A stretch of DNA of 63,378 nucleotides, counting the filler, from Octopus bimaculoides (taxonomy: Eukaryota): NCBI RefSeq assembly GCF_001194135.2. It is 10 parts of 9 records of this genome, joined end to end, with 100 filler letters (N's around TTAATTAATTAA, not from the genome) between each part and the next. Parts side by side here need not be neighbours in the genome. Positions count along the whole stretch, not along the records: positions 17,845 to 27,671 come from NC_068984.1; positions 27,772 to 31,649 come from NC_068988.1; positions 31,750 to 46,776 come from NC_068987.1; 7 more parts are not named here. One strand, written 5' to 3'. Numbering within the stretch: the first letter of the stretch is position 1; each line of letters starts with the position of its first letter. Positions 23,261-35,492 of the stretch are shown here, in pieces. The notes under the pieces were generated by a model. That model had not been told where the DNA came from, did no database searches, and saw only the letters and a program-made list of their open reading frames with translations. Both the position numbers and the translations under genes were made by a program.

Positions 23261-25473
23261 ATCTTTTTTCATACACTTCATAGGTATCTCATATATATGA
23301 TGCAGGTCTTTACTGAGCTTCATATTTTTACCATTACTAGAACAAAGTCAAATGCGTCGAAGAAGACCATAATTTTGCATAAAATGTCTCGTGTATTTAC
23401 TGTTAATCAGTTTCTCTTCTATATTTGAGTAGATAATAGTCATGTTTTGCATACTTTAATTAGAAATGTAATAACAATGTCACACACTAAATACTTTACA
23501 GTATGAGTCATTATTTTTACATCTGTTTTTTTTTTAAATGATTTCGTTTTGTAGGAAAATACTTTCACTTTCAACGGAACCCGGACTATATGACACCACA
23601 ATTTCTTACATAAGAATAAAGACACGAAAACTGGGCTAAGAGAAGTGTATTAGTCGATTATATCGGTACTCACCTCACTACCATCATACTTAACGGAAGA
23701 ATAAAAAGAAAAGTACAACCTTTTTGGGTCGAGTTTAAAAATGCAACAACCTCTATCTCGAATACCCCTAACATACACGTCCTCGCGTGGAGTTCTAATC
23801 CAAGGCGATGCGCCTTTATTCCTTACTTCGGTATTTCCCGACAAAACCTGAACATGGTCAATCAACCTGCTAGAAATAGCAGCTGAATCGCCTTTAAATC
23901 TAACTCTGATAGCTCAAGAAAGGACACACTTGATAATATCCTGGATTTCCAAAGAAGAAAAAAAAAGACAGATGGTCACAGCTAGAACGTCTTCAATCAT
24001 AATTCTGATCGATCGATCAGAACTGACCTGTGGCTAAGCAACAGCATCGACCACGAGTTCAATATTCCTAAATTCCCATGTCAGCTGCTCGAGATATTTT
24101 CCCCCAACTCTGGAGGCGGTTAAGTCCTCCCACCTGACTGTGTAGATGGAAGAACATTGTGAAACTGATCATGTAGTGGCCAAAGAATACATATACTTAC
24201 AGAAAACAGAACAATTCGAAAGCTCTCGATTCCGTCCGTATGTAAAATATGCGGCGTTCCAAATTTTTCAAATATTTTTGTAATATTTAGTCAAATGTTT
24301 TAAGTGTTCGCTTGGGACAGTTATACTTGCAAGTTTTGAACTTAAATGACTTAAGGAGAAATAATTTGATCGATATCTACCCGTAGAGTAATATTTATGC
24401 TAATTGCTATTTTCACGGAAACGGTAAGGTTTTTCTTTAGCTGTTTTCTCATGTTCACTCATGCTCACTTTATTCTGACAATTTTTATTAAAAGATATAA
24501 AAATAAGAGGAAATTTTTATTTGTCTCAGTATTTAATTACGTAAGCACAAAGGTCGCATATTACTTGGGGCAATTTGTGACGTTCATGAATTCAAGGGAA
24601 GTAAAATAAGCATGGATCAAGTCGACCAGGAGGAATTATGGTAAACGGGAATAAAGTCACACGAAAAAAATGTCTATTTCCTTTAAATTCTATCAATAAT
24701 AGTTATAGGAATTAAATATTCAAGTTTAGTACCAAGACATACACAATGACAACACAATTCATGACATAAGTGTTTGAAAATAGTCACTTATATACAATCT
24801 TATGTAAAATAAGAAACAAAATAAAAACATTAAACTAGTTTTGTTTACTTGTGACATTTTCCCTGGGTTCTGTTATTATAACGTAACTTTTGAGACTATA
24901 CACAATAAAATACAATGCTATATGTGTTTTTTTTAATGTTTTTAACATGACTGTTTCAGTTTCGGTACACCATCTCTGATCAAGTCACCTGACAATCAAA
25001 TAAAACTAATGGGATTGGTGTCAGTTAAATGTCTTATGGTAAGTTTGCTATTTTTAATGCAGTATATTAATATGTCGGTCGCCCACTGTTAATGACTTTC
25101 AGCTTTGTTTCTTTACGACACCACATAAGAAATTGGACGGAAATATTCGAGATTAAGGATGGTCTGTTTAGTAGGATGTGACTTTAAAGTGGATTCTCGG
25201 ATATAAATAGATAGAAGGAATCAAATTGTAACCTGAAAAGCAAGCGGGACATTTTTTAGGAGAAATGATTGTTTAAAACTTCTAGCCTGTGTTTTCTGTC
25301 TATATTGTTACTAATTGAATATATACAGCCCATTGAAAAATGTTCGATTTTTTTTTTTTTAGCAAAGCAAATGTAAATATTAAAACATCTTCAGAAATTC
25401 TATAGATTTAATAATGTCCTCTCCAAAGGAATTCAAACAAACCCGCCTCAAAGTTCAAAGGCTTATCCTACAC

Positions 25474-25622
25474 CAGTGGTTCCCAACCTTTTCACTACCA
25501 AGGACCCCTTTTATTTAAATGAGTTTTCCCTCGGACTCCTTTTAATATGCTTATATGAAATTTTGAATTTAGTTCACGGATCCCCAGTACTATCCTTGCG
25601 GATCACAGGTTGGGAACCACTG
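25474..25622. mobile_element. hAT MITE (149 bp)
   Basis: Perfect 16-bp TIR CAGTGGTTCCCAACCT; flanks TCCTACAC and TCCTATCC (6/8 match). Confidence 0.9.
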
Positions 25623-26939
25623 TCCTATCCACTGTTTAGTTTTTCGGTGCTAGTAGTTTTGTACCCCACTTAATTTACTTTGTATTTTTGACACCCAACA
25701 ACTTTGATTTTATTTTTTTACATTTTAATTTCGCACTCTTTTGCTATACCAACAATGGCTGTACATTCTATGATAAAAGAGCGGAATTATGCCCATATAA
25801 CCCAGTTTTATTTTTCGAATTTTCAGAAACATTTTGCGAATTTGTATTCTACACACGAGAATTCATACAAATATAAAAATGTTAAGCCACTCTGTTTCTT
25901 TAATTCATTTCTTTTTGAATTTTAATTTCCCTCTGAGCATGTCTTGGGACAACCCCTGTATCTAGTCTTTTTCACTCGCAAAATGAGCCCCTTTAATTTT
26001 GCTCAGATTGCTTTCAGTTTTGGCGTATCGATGCAACTCTGAATTTTGATTACGATCAACCAATTACTTTATCTCGTAAATTAAAGAATCTGATGTTATT
26101 TGGAATTAAAGTTGGGAAATTTGGGTTATTTTAGCCAATCAATAGACAGCGAGGCATTAACAGCTTGTTACCATGACAAACGCACGTTGTGTTGTTTCAC
26201 CCTCATGTTGTGTTGATTCTTCACACCACGAGATTTACTTCAGCCGTGTGTTTTGTTTTAGTAAAAATTTATATTTATCAATTAGAATTTTATTCTAAAT
26301 ATTTTTTGTCAATTGTCTTAATATTTTACATATTTTTCATATATAGCAAAAGTTGTTTGCAATGTTTATACAGTTTCCTGGCATTATGAAAGTGAATGGA
26401 ATATGTGAATTTACTACAGATAATTTGAAATAACTTTTGAATTCTGCATGCAAAAACATATAAGATACAGGTATTCTTTTTCTTCAGACAAATTCTTTGT
26501 AGACCAGTGTTATTTGTATAGTTTACAAATCCAAGCATGAAAACGTTACTCAACTTTGAAATTTTGGAGACACGCCCCCTTTTCACACACACACATATTA
26601 ATGATGTACACAAATACATGACAGGTATGCATAATACTGAAATACGCATAAAATAAACACATGCAGACAAATATATTAATATAACAAATTAAAGAAAAAT
26701 AATAAAAACATACAATCAATGAAGAGACAAAAGAAACAGTAAGAAAGATGATACATATTGATTTTATTAGGTATTTCTGTTTATCTAGAAACCTTCAATG
26801 AAGAGGTCATTTCACATACGCTAAACTATAAATTTCACCCGGAACAACCTTAAAGTTGACACCACTCCGCAGAAAATTTTTATGCCCGTTATTTCCAATG
26901 TACACACAAATGTTACAATCAGCCTTTGTTTTATCTTTT

Positions 26940-27120
26940 ATTTAACTTTTACTTGTTTGTCATTGGACTGGGGCACTACTTGAAGGGCTTAGTCGAACAA
27001 ATTGACTCCTGATACTTATTTTTAAAGTCTGGTACTAATGATTTGTCAAACTGCTAGGCTAAGGGAACATAAACAAACCGACACTACTCAAGTGATGGTG
27101 GGGGTCAAACATGCACACAC
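26940..27120 (-). mobile_element. Old SINE B 3' half
   Basis: Reverse-complement similarity to the B tail (TTTACTTGTTT..TTAGTCGAACAAAT). Confidence 0.6.
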
Positions 27121-27364
27121 ATAGATAGGATTATAATTCAGGTTGTGCTTTCTTAATGTACATCTGCTTATTCAGTACTCCAAAATTGTATGTAGATGTC
27201 ATATTTGTGGGAGGAATGCATAAGAGTTGAAAAATACTGCAAAATATTTTTTGCACAGTAAATATCAAAACAGGAGGTTGGAAAAAAAATTCACCATTAC
27301 ATTTACTAATAGGAGTTACAAAATTGTACATGTAGGAGAAACATGTAAGATATCTATTTGAAAT

Positions 27365-27660
27365 TCTGGATCTTTTTTAAAACGGGGGCCACATTTTTCA
27401 TTAACGAAACACTTTGAAACTTGGAACACTGGTAGAATGTGTCATATAAAACATCTTTTTCTCTTAGTCTTCTTAAAAAAAAAAAAAAAATCCATAAATT
27501 ATTCCATGTTAAAGTTGTCGTATTTCTGTAATTTCAACCAATCACTGACGTCCATTCAGCCGATATACATTAAGTGCCGACTACATAAACAAACGATTCT
27601 GAAACAATTAACCCTAACCCTAACCCTAACCCTAACCCTAGGGTTAGGGTTAGAGTTAAA
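27365..27660 (-). repeat. Interspersed repeat (same family as 17846-18104) ending in a (CCCTAA)n/(TTAGGG)n palindrome
   Basis: GGATCTTTTTTAAAACGGGGGCCACA; AACCCTAACCCTAGGGTTAGGGTT centred at 27639/27640. Confidence 0.75.
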
Positions 27661-29448
27661 GCAAATTTAAANNNNNNNNNNNNNNNNNNNNNNNNNNNNN
27701 NNNNNNNNNNNNNNNTTAATTAATTAANNNNNNNNNNNNNNNNNNNNNNNNNNNNNNNNNNNNNNNNNNNNATCTTTTATACAATTTCTAATAATATTTG
27801 ATTATAGTATATAATTATATGTATCGTTGTACCATGGACGGTCATTTTTTTTTTTTTGCTAGATAAGCACACGCACTATATATTTGTGCATGACTCGTTT
27901 TTCTTTGTTTAACTCATGTCCATTGTCCGGGAATCTTTCGTTACACATCTCCGCCCTCTTCAATGACACTTTTCGTTATCGTGTGTGCTCTTGCTCTACT
28001 TACTCCATTCTGTTCTTTTAAGATGTGTAACCTTATGTAAGCATGCATTTGCGTCTGTGTTTGTGTGTGTGTGTGTGCATGTATGTGTATGTGTGTGTAA
28101 GTATGTATGCTTGTGTGTCATTGTTCTTAGCAGTAGTATGGCCTGCCCTTCAGCCCCATCCTGTCAACCCATTGTGCTGCTGCTGTCCTAAGACTCGAAA
28201 ATTTGGTACAGTTCATGTATCCTATATTGATAGGATTTCTTATACAGTGAACGTGTATGAGGCTCCACCCGTGTAAAATAAGAACCAAAGAGGTCCATAG
28301 GTAAAAAAAATGGCTGCGTACAACTGATATAGACGATAGCTAGATGGAAGATGATAACAGGTATAGGAATAAACCCCAAGACTGCAAATAACAGAGATTA
28401 TTCAATGACGATGTGCTTACAGTAGTCGACTGATGCTTTGGTTAGAAATAAGGGAGAGTATGAGACAAGGTTGCGTGCTATCGTCATATTTGCAAACATC
28501 TTGCTGGCGTGTGTCATATGAAAACACGTGACAAATTCATATAGATATGAATGTCTGCCATTTTATTGCCCTTTTACTTCATAGACATTAGATAAATCTA
28601 ACGGCATAACCTTAATGTCCACTGTTATCGACAAATTGAATATATCAAGTAAAAATATTTGATGTAAAATTTAAAAGTGCAAACTGCGAATTGTATTCGC
28701 AAAACGAATATTATAGATGATTCTACAGTAACACATTTCACAGATTGTTGTTTCTCGGATGTATAATCTATCATAAAACATGAATTGCATCGCACTGGTT
28801 CCGACAGTGTATAGAGAACAAAGAAACGGACATAAAATAGGCACACGATCAAAGTTAGATTAAGTTAGATTTGCTATCATCATCGTAATCTACAACTTAC
28901 AAGTCGAAGACTAAACCCTGAAGATACACGAGGGCTGGAAATTTACAATGCAATGCCAGCAAGTATATTGAGGGTCTTATTACGAAACTGGAGTAGAAAT
29001 ACTTCTTCTAACAATCATCATCACGTGAAGTAAACCAGTACTAAAAGTACCAAGATAATCAGAGGGACCAGACACAATCGTTTCGGCCATGGCCACATGA
29101 GAAGGATACCGAATAAGAACATGGAGTCAGAGTTTTGTTGAAATATTTGGAGGTAAACTCAGATTTCCTGAAAGGACTGAAGAAATGGAAATATATAAAG
29201 GTGTGTATTTTTATATATTTACGTACATATATACATAATATACACACGCGCACACACATACACATACATGTATATATATATGTATGTGTATGTATATAAA
29301 TACACATATACATATATATATACCAAATCAATGCATTCATAGATATATAGACACACACAGACATAAATATGCATATTTTTATAATTATGTTAGTTTAAAA
29401 TGTACGAATATGATTGATATATGTATATATATGTATGTATACAGAGAG

Positions 29449-29483
<35 letters not shown>

Positions 29484-29939
29484 GTGTATATGTGTGTGTG
29501 CAAGCGCTTGTTCGTGCATTTGTAGTTAATATGGTTAGTATGAACGTGGACAGTTTAAGTGTGTATATTGTAATATTTTATCGTGAAACATCAAATTTAT
29601 TTTAATATTTCACCGTAATTATAACCACCCTTATCATTTTCGTGAAAATTGTCTATGAAAATAGAACAGAAATATAATTTCACTGTTTTATTAGTAAAAA
29701 TCAAATATATCCCCTGATATGAAAAACATAATGATAATAGTTTTTGCTGTGTCTTTATGTTTATTAATACAACGGAATGGCGAAGGAAACAAAACGCAGT
29801 ATATTGAGATAAAACTAGTTATTAATATGTCTGGAGAGAACTCATGACTACCAGAGATATAACACATCAGAGAAGATACGCAACACACTCACACACACAC
29901 ATATATACACACATACACGCACAAATGTACACATACATT

Positions 29940-30030
29940 TGCGCATACCTGCAGGAGTTCTTGCGCAGATACACACACACGAATTCGCAAACGTATGCTC
30001 TCATTTGCATAGTTTTATAGAGTAATGTCA

Positions 30031-30068
<38 letters not shown>

Positions 30069-30428
30069 TGACATAGAATATGTATGTAGGTATTGTACAT
30101 AATATAATATAAGCACTGCTATTTAGAGGGAAATACTATTCCACATATTTGTGTATATATATATGCGCATGTGTATGTGGGTATATACATATGCATTTAT
30201 ATATATAGACATACACGTACATTTATATATTTATATACACACATACACATATTTACCTAGTGTGCAACCATTAATTCTTATGTATATAAAAATGTATGTA
30301 TATGTATATATATATATGTTTGTGTATGTGTGTGCATGTATGTGCATATGTAGATGTGCGTGTGTGTATATATACAAATATCTATAAGTACATGTATACA
30401 TATATGTCTGTATATGCATATGTGTGTG

Positions 30429-30469
<41 letters not shown>

Positions 30470-30510
30470 GGAGAGATACATACATAGATATAGATACATG
30501 CATACATATA

Positions 30511-30573
<63 letters not shown>

Positions 30574-30690
30574 TTGTACACGTATATGTATATATGTGTG
30601 TATATATATGTATGCGTATATATATATATTCATACATACTTAAGCACATTTATACATACATACCTAAATATGTATGAATTGTTATATGAC
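29940..30690. repeat. Compound (TA)n/(CA)n/(TG)n low-complexity field
   Basis: Direct inspection. Confidence 0.95.
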
Positions 30691-31332
30691 TAAGTGTGAC
30701 ATTCATACATACTCTTTAAAAAATATATAGATATATTTATTGCTGAAATCATGTTCAGTACATATAATAAATAGTAGCAGACGTGACAATAATCTCCTAT
30801 TAATGCTACCAGATAACTCTATAACAAATATAGTTTTTAATAAATAAGTTTGTTTTGTGTCCAATATTTTTATGTAAAGATTTAGTTCGGATATTTAGAG
30901 CAAAAAAAAAAACTGCTTCTGTTTGACTACATAATTCCGTATCTTTGAATGTAACTGTTTTTATAGCGTATTTTTAAAGGTACCCGGTGTTGTTTCGTTA
31001 TTGAATGACGATGATATTGTGACGGTATACAAACTTTGCTTATTACCACTTGATGTGTATTGATTCTGAAGACGATGTTGTAACATGCAGGATATTGAAG
31101 TTTTATGAATTTAACTGTTTGAATCAGTTGATTCCAGAGTAACTAAGAGAAAGAAAATAATTCGTATCCAAAAGATTTCCTTAATATCACATCAAAAGAA
31201 TTGGGAATGATCGTTCTGATGGCACCATTATTGCCACTACTTAATCTAGGTTACAGTTCTAGCCGTCAATTAGCGGTTAACAACGTTGATTCTATATCCG
31301 TAGATATATATGTACGTATATATTTATATACT

Positions 31333-31394
<62 letters not shown>

Positions 31395-31399
31395 TGTAT

Positions 31400-31595
31400 A
31401 TCTGTTCTATATTTAAGAAATGAGGAATTATGTACGTTATTTACATTTGACGGATATTTGTCTTCATCTTGTTTGTTGTTAACGTTTCAGCTGATATAGT
31501 CTCCAGCCTTCATCAGGTGTCTCGGGGAAATTTCGAACCTGGGTTCCCATTCCTAGGGTATTATTCGATGTTATTATTATTTTATTATTATTATG
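31400..31595 (-). mobile_element. Hammerhead-core-containing repeat (same module as 40165-40295)
   Basis: Minus strand ACAC-CTGATGA-AGGCTG-N10-CAGCT-GAAACGTT at 31520-31481; flanking sequence shared with 39905-39964 and 40170-40295. Confidence 0.75.
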
Positions 31596-31749
31596 TTTTT
31601 TTTTCTTCTTTCTTCAAATTTTCTTCCATTTCTCGCCGAGTGTTTTCCGNNNNNNNNNNNNNNNNNNNNNNNNNNNNNNNNNNNNNNNNNNNNTTAATTA
31701 ATTAANNNNNNNNNNNNNNNNNNNNNNNNNNNNNNNNNNNNNNNNNNNN

Positions 31750-31787
<38 letters not shown>

Positions 31788-32434
31788 AGAGATGCGGTCA
31801 GTCCGGACGAATCGGGAATGATCTTGGGATGTATAATAAATATACTTTATTTTTATTGACCTCGATTAAAAACTAACTACAAAAAGATATTTTAAGCTTC
31901 GTATGTCACACTGATAGAAATGCATAAACATAGCAGTGAATATTTGAATACCAAATATTGCGTTGGACTTTTTTTTTGTTTTTGTTTTTATAGAAACTGA
32001 GAATGGTAATAAGTAAACACGGCATTGTGAAGAAAATGTAATTTGAACTCGTAACTCGAAAGAAACTAAAGATTGTCCGAGATTCTATCTAGTTAGAAGC
32101 TTTGTTAATTTTCAAGAATAATTAGATCAGGGTAGTCAGTAAACTGCGAGCATGGTGGGGACACCACTTTGAAGGGTTTTGGTCGAACGAATTGACTCCA
32201 GTNNNNNNNNNNNNNNNNNNNNNNNNNNNNNNNNNNNNNNNNNNNNNNNNNNNNNNNNNNNNNNNTTTTTTTTTTTTTTAAAGCCATTTTAAAGTCTGAT
32301 TTATTCTATCGAACTCTTTTGCCGAACTGTTAAGATACGGGGGACGTAAAAATACCAACATCGGTTGTCAGCGGTGGTGGAGGACTCAAACACAAACTCA
32401 CACACAAAACACACGCATATATATATTCTTTCAT

Positions 32435-32647
32435 TCTTTTATTTTTTTTATTTGTTTTAGTCATTTGACTGCGGCCATGCTGGAGCAGCGCCTTTAGTCG
32501 AACAAATCGATCCCAGGACTTATTCTTTGTAAGCCTAGTACTTATTTTATCGATTTCTTTTGTCGAACAGCTAATTTACGGGGACGTAAACACACCGACA
32601 TCGGTGGGCAAGCGGTGGTGGGGGAAAAACACAGACACACAAATACA

Positions 32648-32695
<48 letters not shown>

Positions 32696-32848
32696 CGACA
32701 GGCTTCTTTAAGTTTCCGTCTACCAAATCCACTCACAAGGCTTTGGTCGGCCCAAGGTTACGGTAGAAGACACTTGCCCAAGGTGCCACGCAGTGGGACT
32801 GAACCCAGAACCATGTGGTTGGGAAGCAAACTTATCACACGGCCACGT
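32435..32848 (-). mobile_element. Full-length SINE family B (further B tail fragments at 32115-32400)
   Basis: Colinear reverse complement of 18806-19199. Confidence 0.9.
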
Positions 32849-33842
32849 CTTAGAAAAATTTCAAAATAAAGTCGACGGCAATTGTCAAACGTGCCTCCCT
32901 TGCCACTACATTGCCTTCAATGTATTTTGGATGTCCAGCTCTACAAATATTTTTTTTTTCGAGTAGCTTTGCCTTGCGATATCGAGCGCTATCGTGACAT
33001 TAACAGTCATGCACCAGTAAAAGGATAGTGATATTGTTTATGTTTGCAAAAGCTAATATAATATTTAGCACTTTGTAATGAAGCAGAACGTCGTAAAATA
33101 GCAGTTCATTAAAATTTATTCACGGCGAGATGCTATGACAATGCATATATTACGCTTAGTTTTGTGATCTTTTGCGTGCGCACGTGCGTGCTCTGTGCTT
33201 TTACTAAGAACACAGCACACTATAATTATAACATTTCTTTTCCTCCACTGATGATTGCGTATGTCACATATGAAACTTTTGTGATTTTGAAGATTAGAAG
33301 CTTCATTTGGACAGTTATTTTGATTAATTACTGGTGCGTTCACAGTGTTTTCTGTCAATACAGTCCTATACTAGACAACATTCTTTTAGCCGACGCGGAA
33401 TGTAACAGACAAGTGTAAACACCTACTGCAATATCTTTGAAGAGAGAAAAAGTGGAATCTGCCGGATAAGTTTCAATCAGGTGTTGGGAGTTTTATCAAT
33501 GGTTAAGCACTATCTTTTACTGTCTACGGAAAAGCTTCGTATAAATTGAATTCACCGATTAGCATATGTAACGCATTCGTGGCAGCTGGTTGAATTAAGA
33601 GTGGTTTTGTTTCAAAGATATATGTTACAGACTATAGGTTATATCAATAGATTTTAACCAACACTGTATGTAATTCACAGACGATATTACAGACCCTGTC
33701 TTTATATATAATCTTTCGTAACATTTGTGTGCATGTGTGTGTGAGAGAGGGAGACATACACACACACACATACACACACACACAAAGAGAGTTGGGATGT
33801 ATGCGTGTGCGTGTAACATACGCAAATACCAGCTTAGTGTCT

Positions 33843-34075
33843 TATTTCTTAATTACCCACAAGGGGCTACATATAGAGGGGACAAATGAGGACAGACAAA
33901 GGGATTAAGTCGATTACATCGACCCCAGTACGTAACTGGTACTTAATTTATCGGCCCCGGAAGGATGAAAGGAAAAATCGACCTCGGCGGAATTTGAACT
34001 CAGAACGTAACGGCAGACAAAATACCGCTTAAGCATTTCGCCCGGTGTGCTAACGTTTCTGCCAGCTCACCGCCT
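33843..34075 (-). mobile_element. Intact SINE family A with target-site duplication
   Basis: TACCAGCTTAGTGTCT at 33827-33842 and 34076-34091; complete head to tail. Confidence 0.93.
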
Positions 34076-34091
34076 TACCAGCTTAGTGTCT

Positions 34092-34490
34092 GGTGCGAAT
34101 AAGATCACCAAAAACACTAATATGAAAGGGATACAAAGGAGCAGCTATACCGTGTCGACCGTCGCGTGGGTGAACAAGGGACGCATTCGGATCTTAGGTA
34201 GAGGTGTCAATTCGAAAACTACATTGCGGTATCCACTGAATGCCAGTATCATTAGCAATAAACCTGCAACTAGTGGGAGGCATGGAGTGGAAGGCACAAA
34301 AGATGCGCGTACTCGGGAAACCGAAAGGGGGTCCCAGAAGGACAACCGTTAAGAATTGGAAATCGGGTGTCTTTCGACTCGACCCTTACGGATAAAGAGC
34401 AAGATCTAGCGGAGGAGGCCAAACGTTACCGACTAGATATATTCGGTGTCCCCTCTACAAGGTCTCCATGGCTCTGGTACTATATACTCC
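34092..34490 (+). mobile_element. RTE-clade LINE 5' fragment (APE endonuclease N-terminus)
   Basis: LTDKEQDLAEEAKRYRLDIFGVPSTR..HGSG from 34385 resembles RTE-type L.GKE.EL..E..RYRLDIVG.SST. Confidence 0.7.
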
Positions 34491-34911
34491 AGTGCTTTTT
34501 TTTATTATAAAAATTTAGCTTGTGTAGTATTTTTTCCGCCCGAGTTGCGGAGACACTCCCTTATGAAATTCATGCAAAGAAATACGGTGAGCCAGTGACT
34601 GGTTTGTTGGACACTTGTAACGTATGATACTATTTATTGATCAGTTGGCGAACTGATTCGGACGGTGCCATTACTCACCAGATCCGATATGAAACTGTTA
34701 ATGAGTCGACACTGATAATTACCATGACTCCATAACCATCCCATGTCTTAGTCAGGCATTTCGTGTTATATGAAGGACTACGTTATCCAATCCACTGTGT
34801 CCTCTGTATCTCCTTGCATGTACTTCTATGTATGCAGACATATGTAATATATATATATGACATATATAAATATAGTTATAAGATATTATTATAAGTACAC
34901 ACATACACGCT

Positions 34912-34965
<54 letters not shown>

Positions 34966-35224
34966 TAAACACATACATACACACACACACCACACACACG
35001 CACATACTGTATATGTATATAGATTACAGGATATTTTTGCAAGTAGATACTCCTGCACATAGTTACATATACATACATATACACATACATACATATACAT
35101 ATATATATACATAAATCATATGCATATACATTTGTGTGTGTGTGTGTGTGTGCGTGCGTGCGTGAGTACTTATAAAAATACCCTGTAACTAAATACACAT
35201 ACAGTGTGTGTGCCTGTACATATA

Positions 35225-35269
<45 letters not shown>

Positions 35270-35410
35270 TTGTGTGTAGATAGAAAGAGAGAAATGTAGT
35301 TGACACACACACACACACTCACATTCTAAAACCCTTATTTGATTATTTGACACACAACGCGGCGCATGTCGCAGAATACGAATATTCGGCGACCTTTTTT
35401 ACTAAACTAG

Positions 35411-35492
35411 TCGAGCCTTGTAACATGATAGGAGACAATCGACATCGCCGACTCGACCAACTGCACCGAAATTTGGAACAGACGATTAGAAG
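35411..35492 (+). CDS. Candidate coding exon (MIGDNRHRRLDQLHRNLEQTIR), unknown gene
   Basis: AG at 35409-35410 after CTTTTTTACTAAAC; strong donor AG|GTAAGA; only one open frame; locally CpG-rich. Confidence 0.35.

Noticed and set aside
27925-27975. Minus-strand TTGAAGAGGG..CGAAAG and 11775-11805 CGATGAG..GAAAATTGGTT hammerhead-like strings
   Set aside because: The core or stems are too degenerate to support a call.
29063-29200. 138-nt phase 1-1 exon-like block (GPDTIVSAMAT*EGYRIRTWSQSFVEIFG)
   Set aside because: In-frame stop, no polypyrimidine tract, and only superficial CUB-like resemblance.
30151-30693. YI/CV/HT-repeat ORFs here and elsewhere (8683, 15132, 34857, 48792 and 49322)
   Set aside because: Translations of dinucleotide and tetranucleotide microsatellites.
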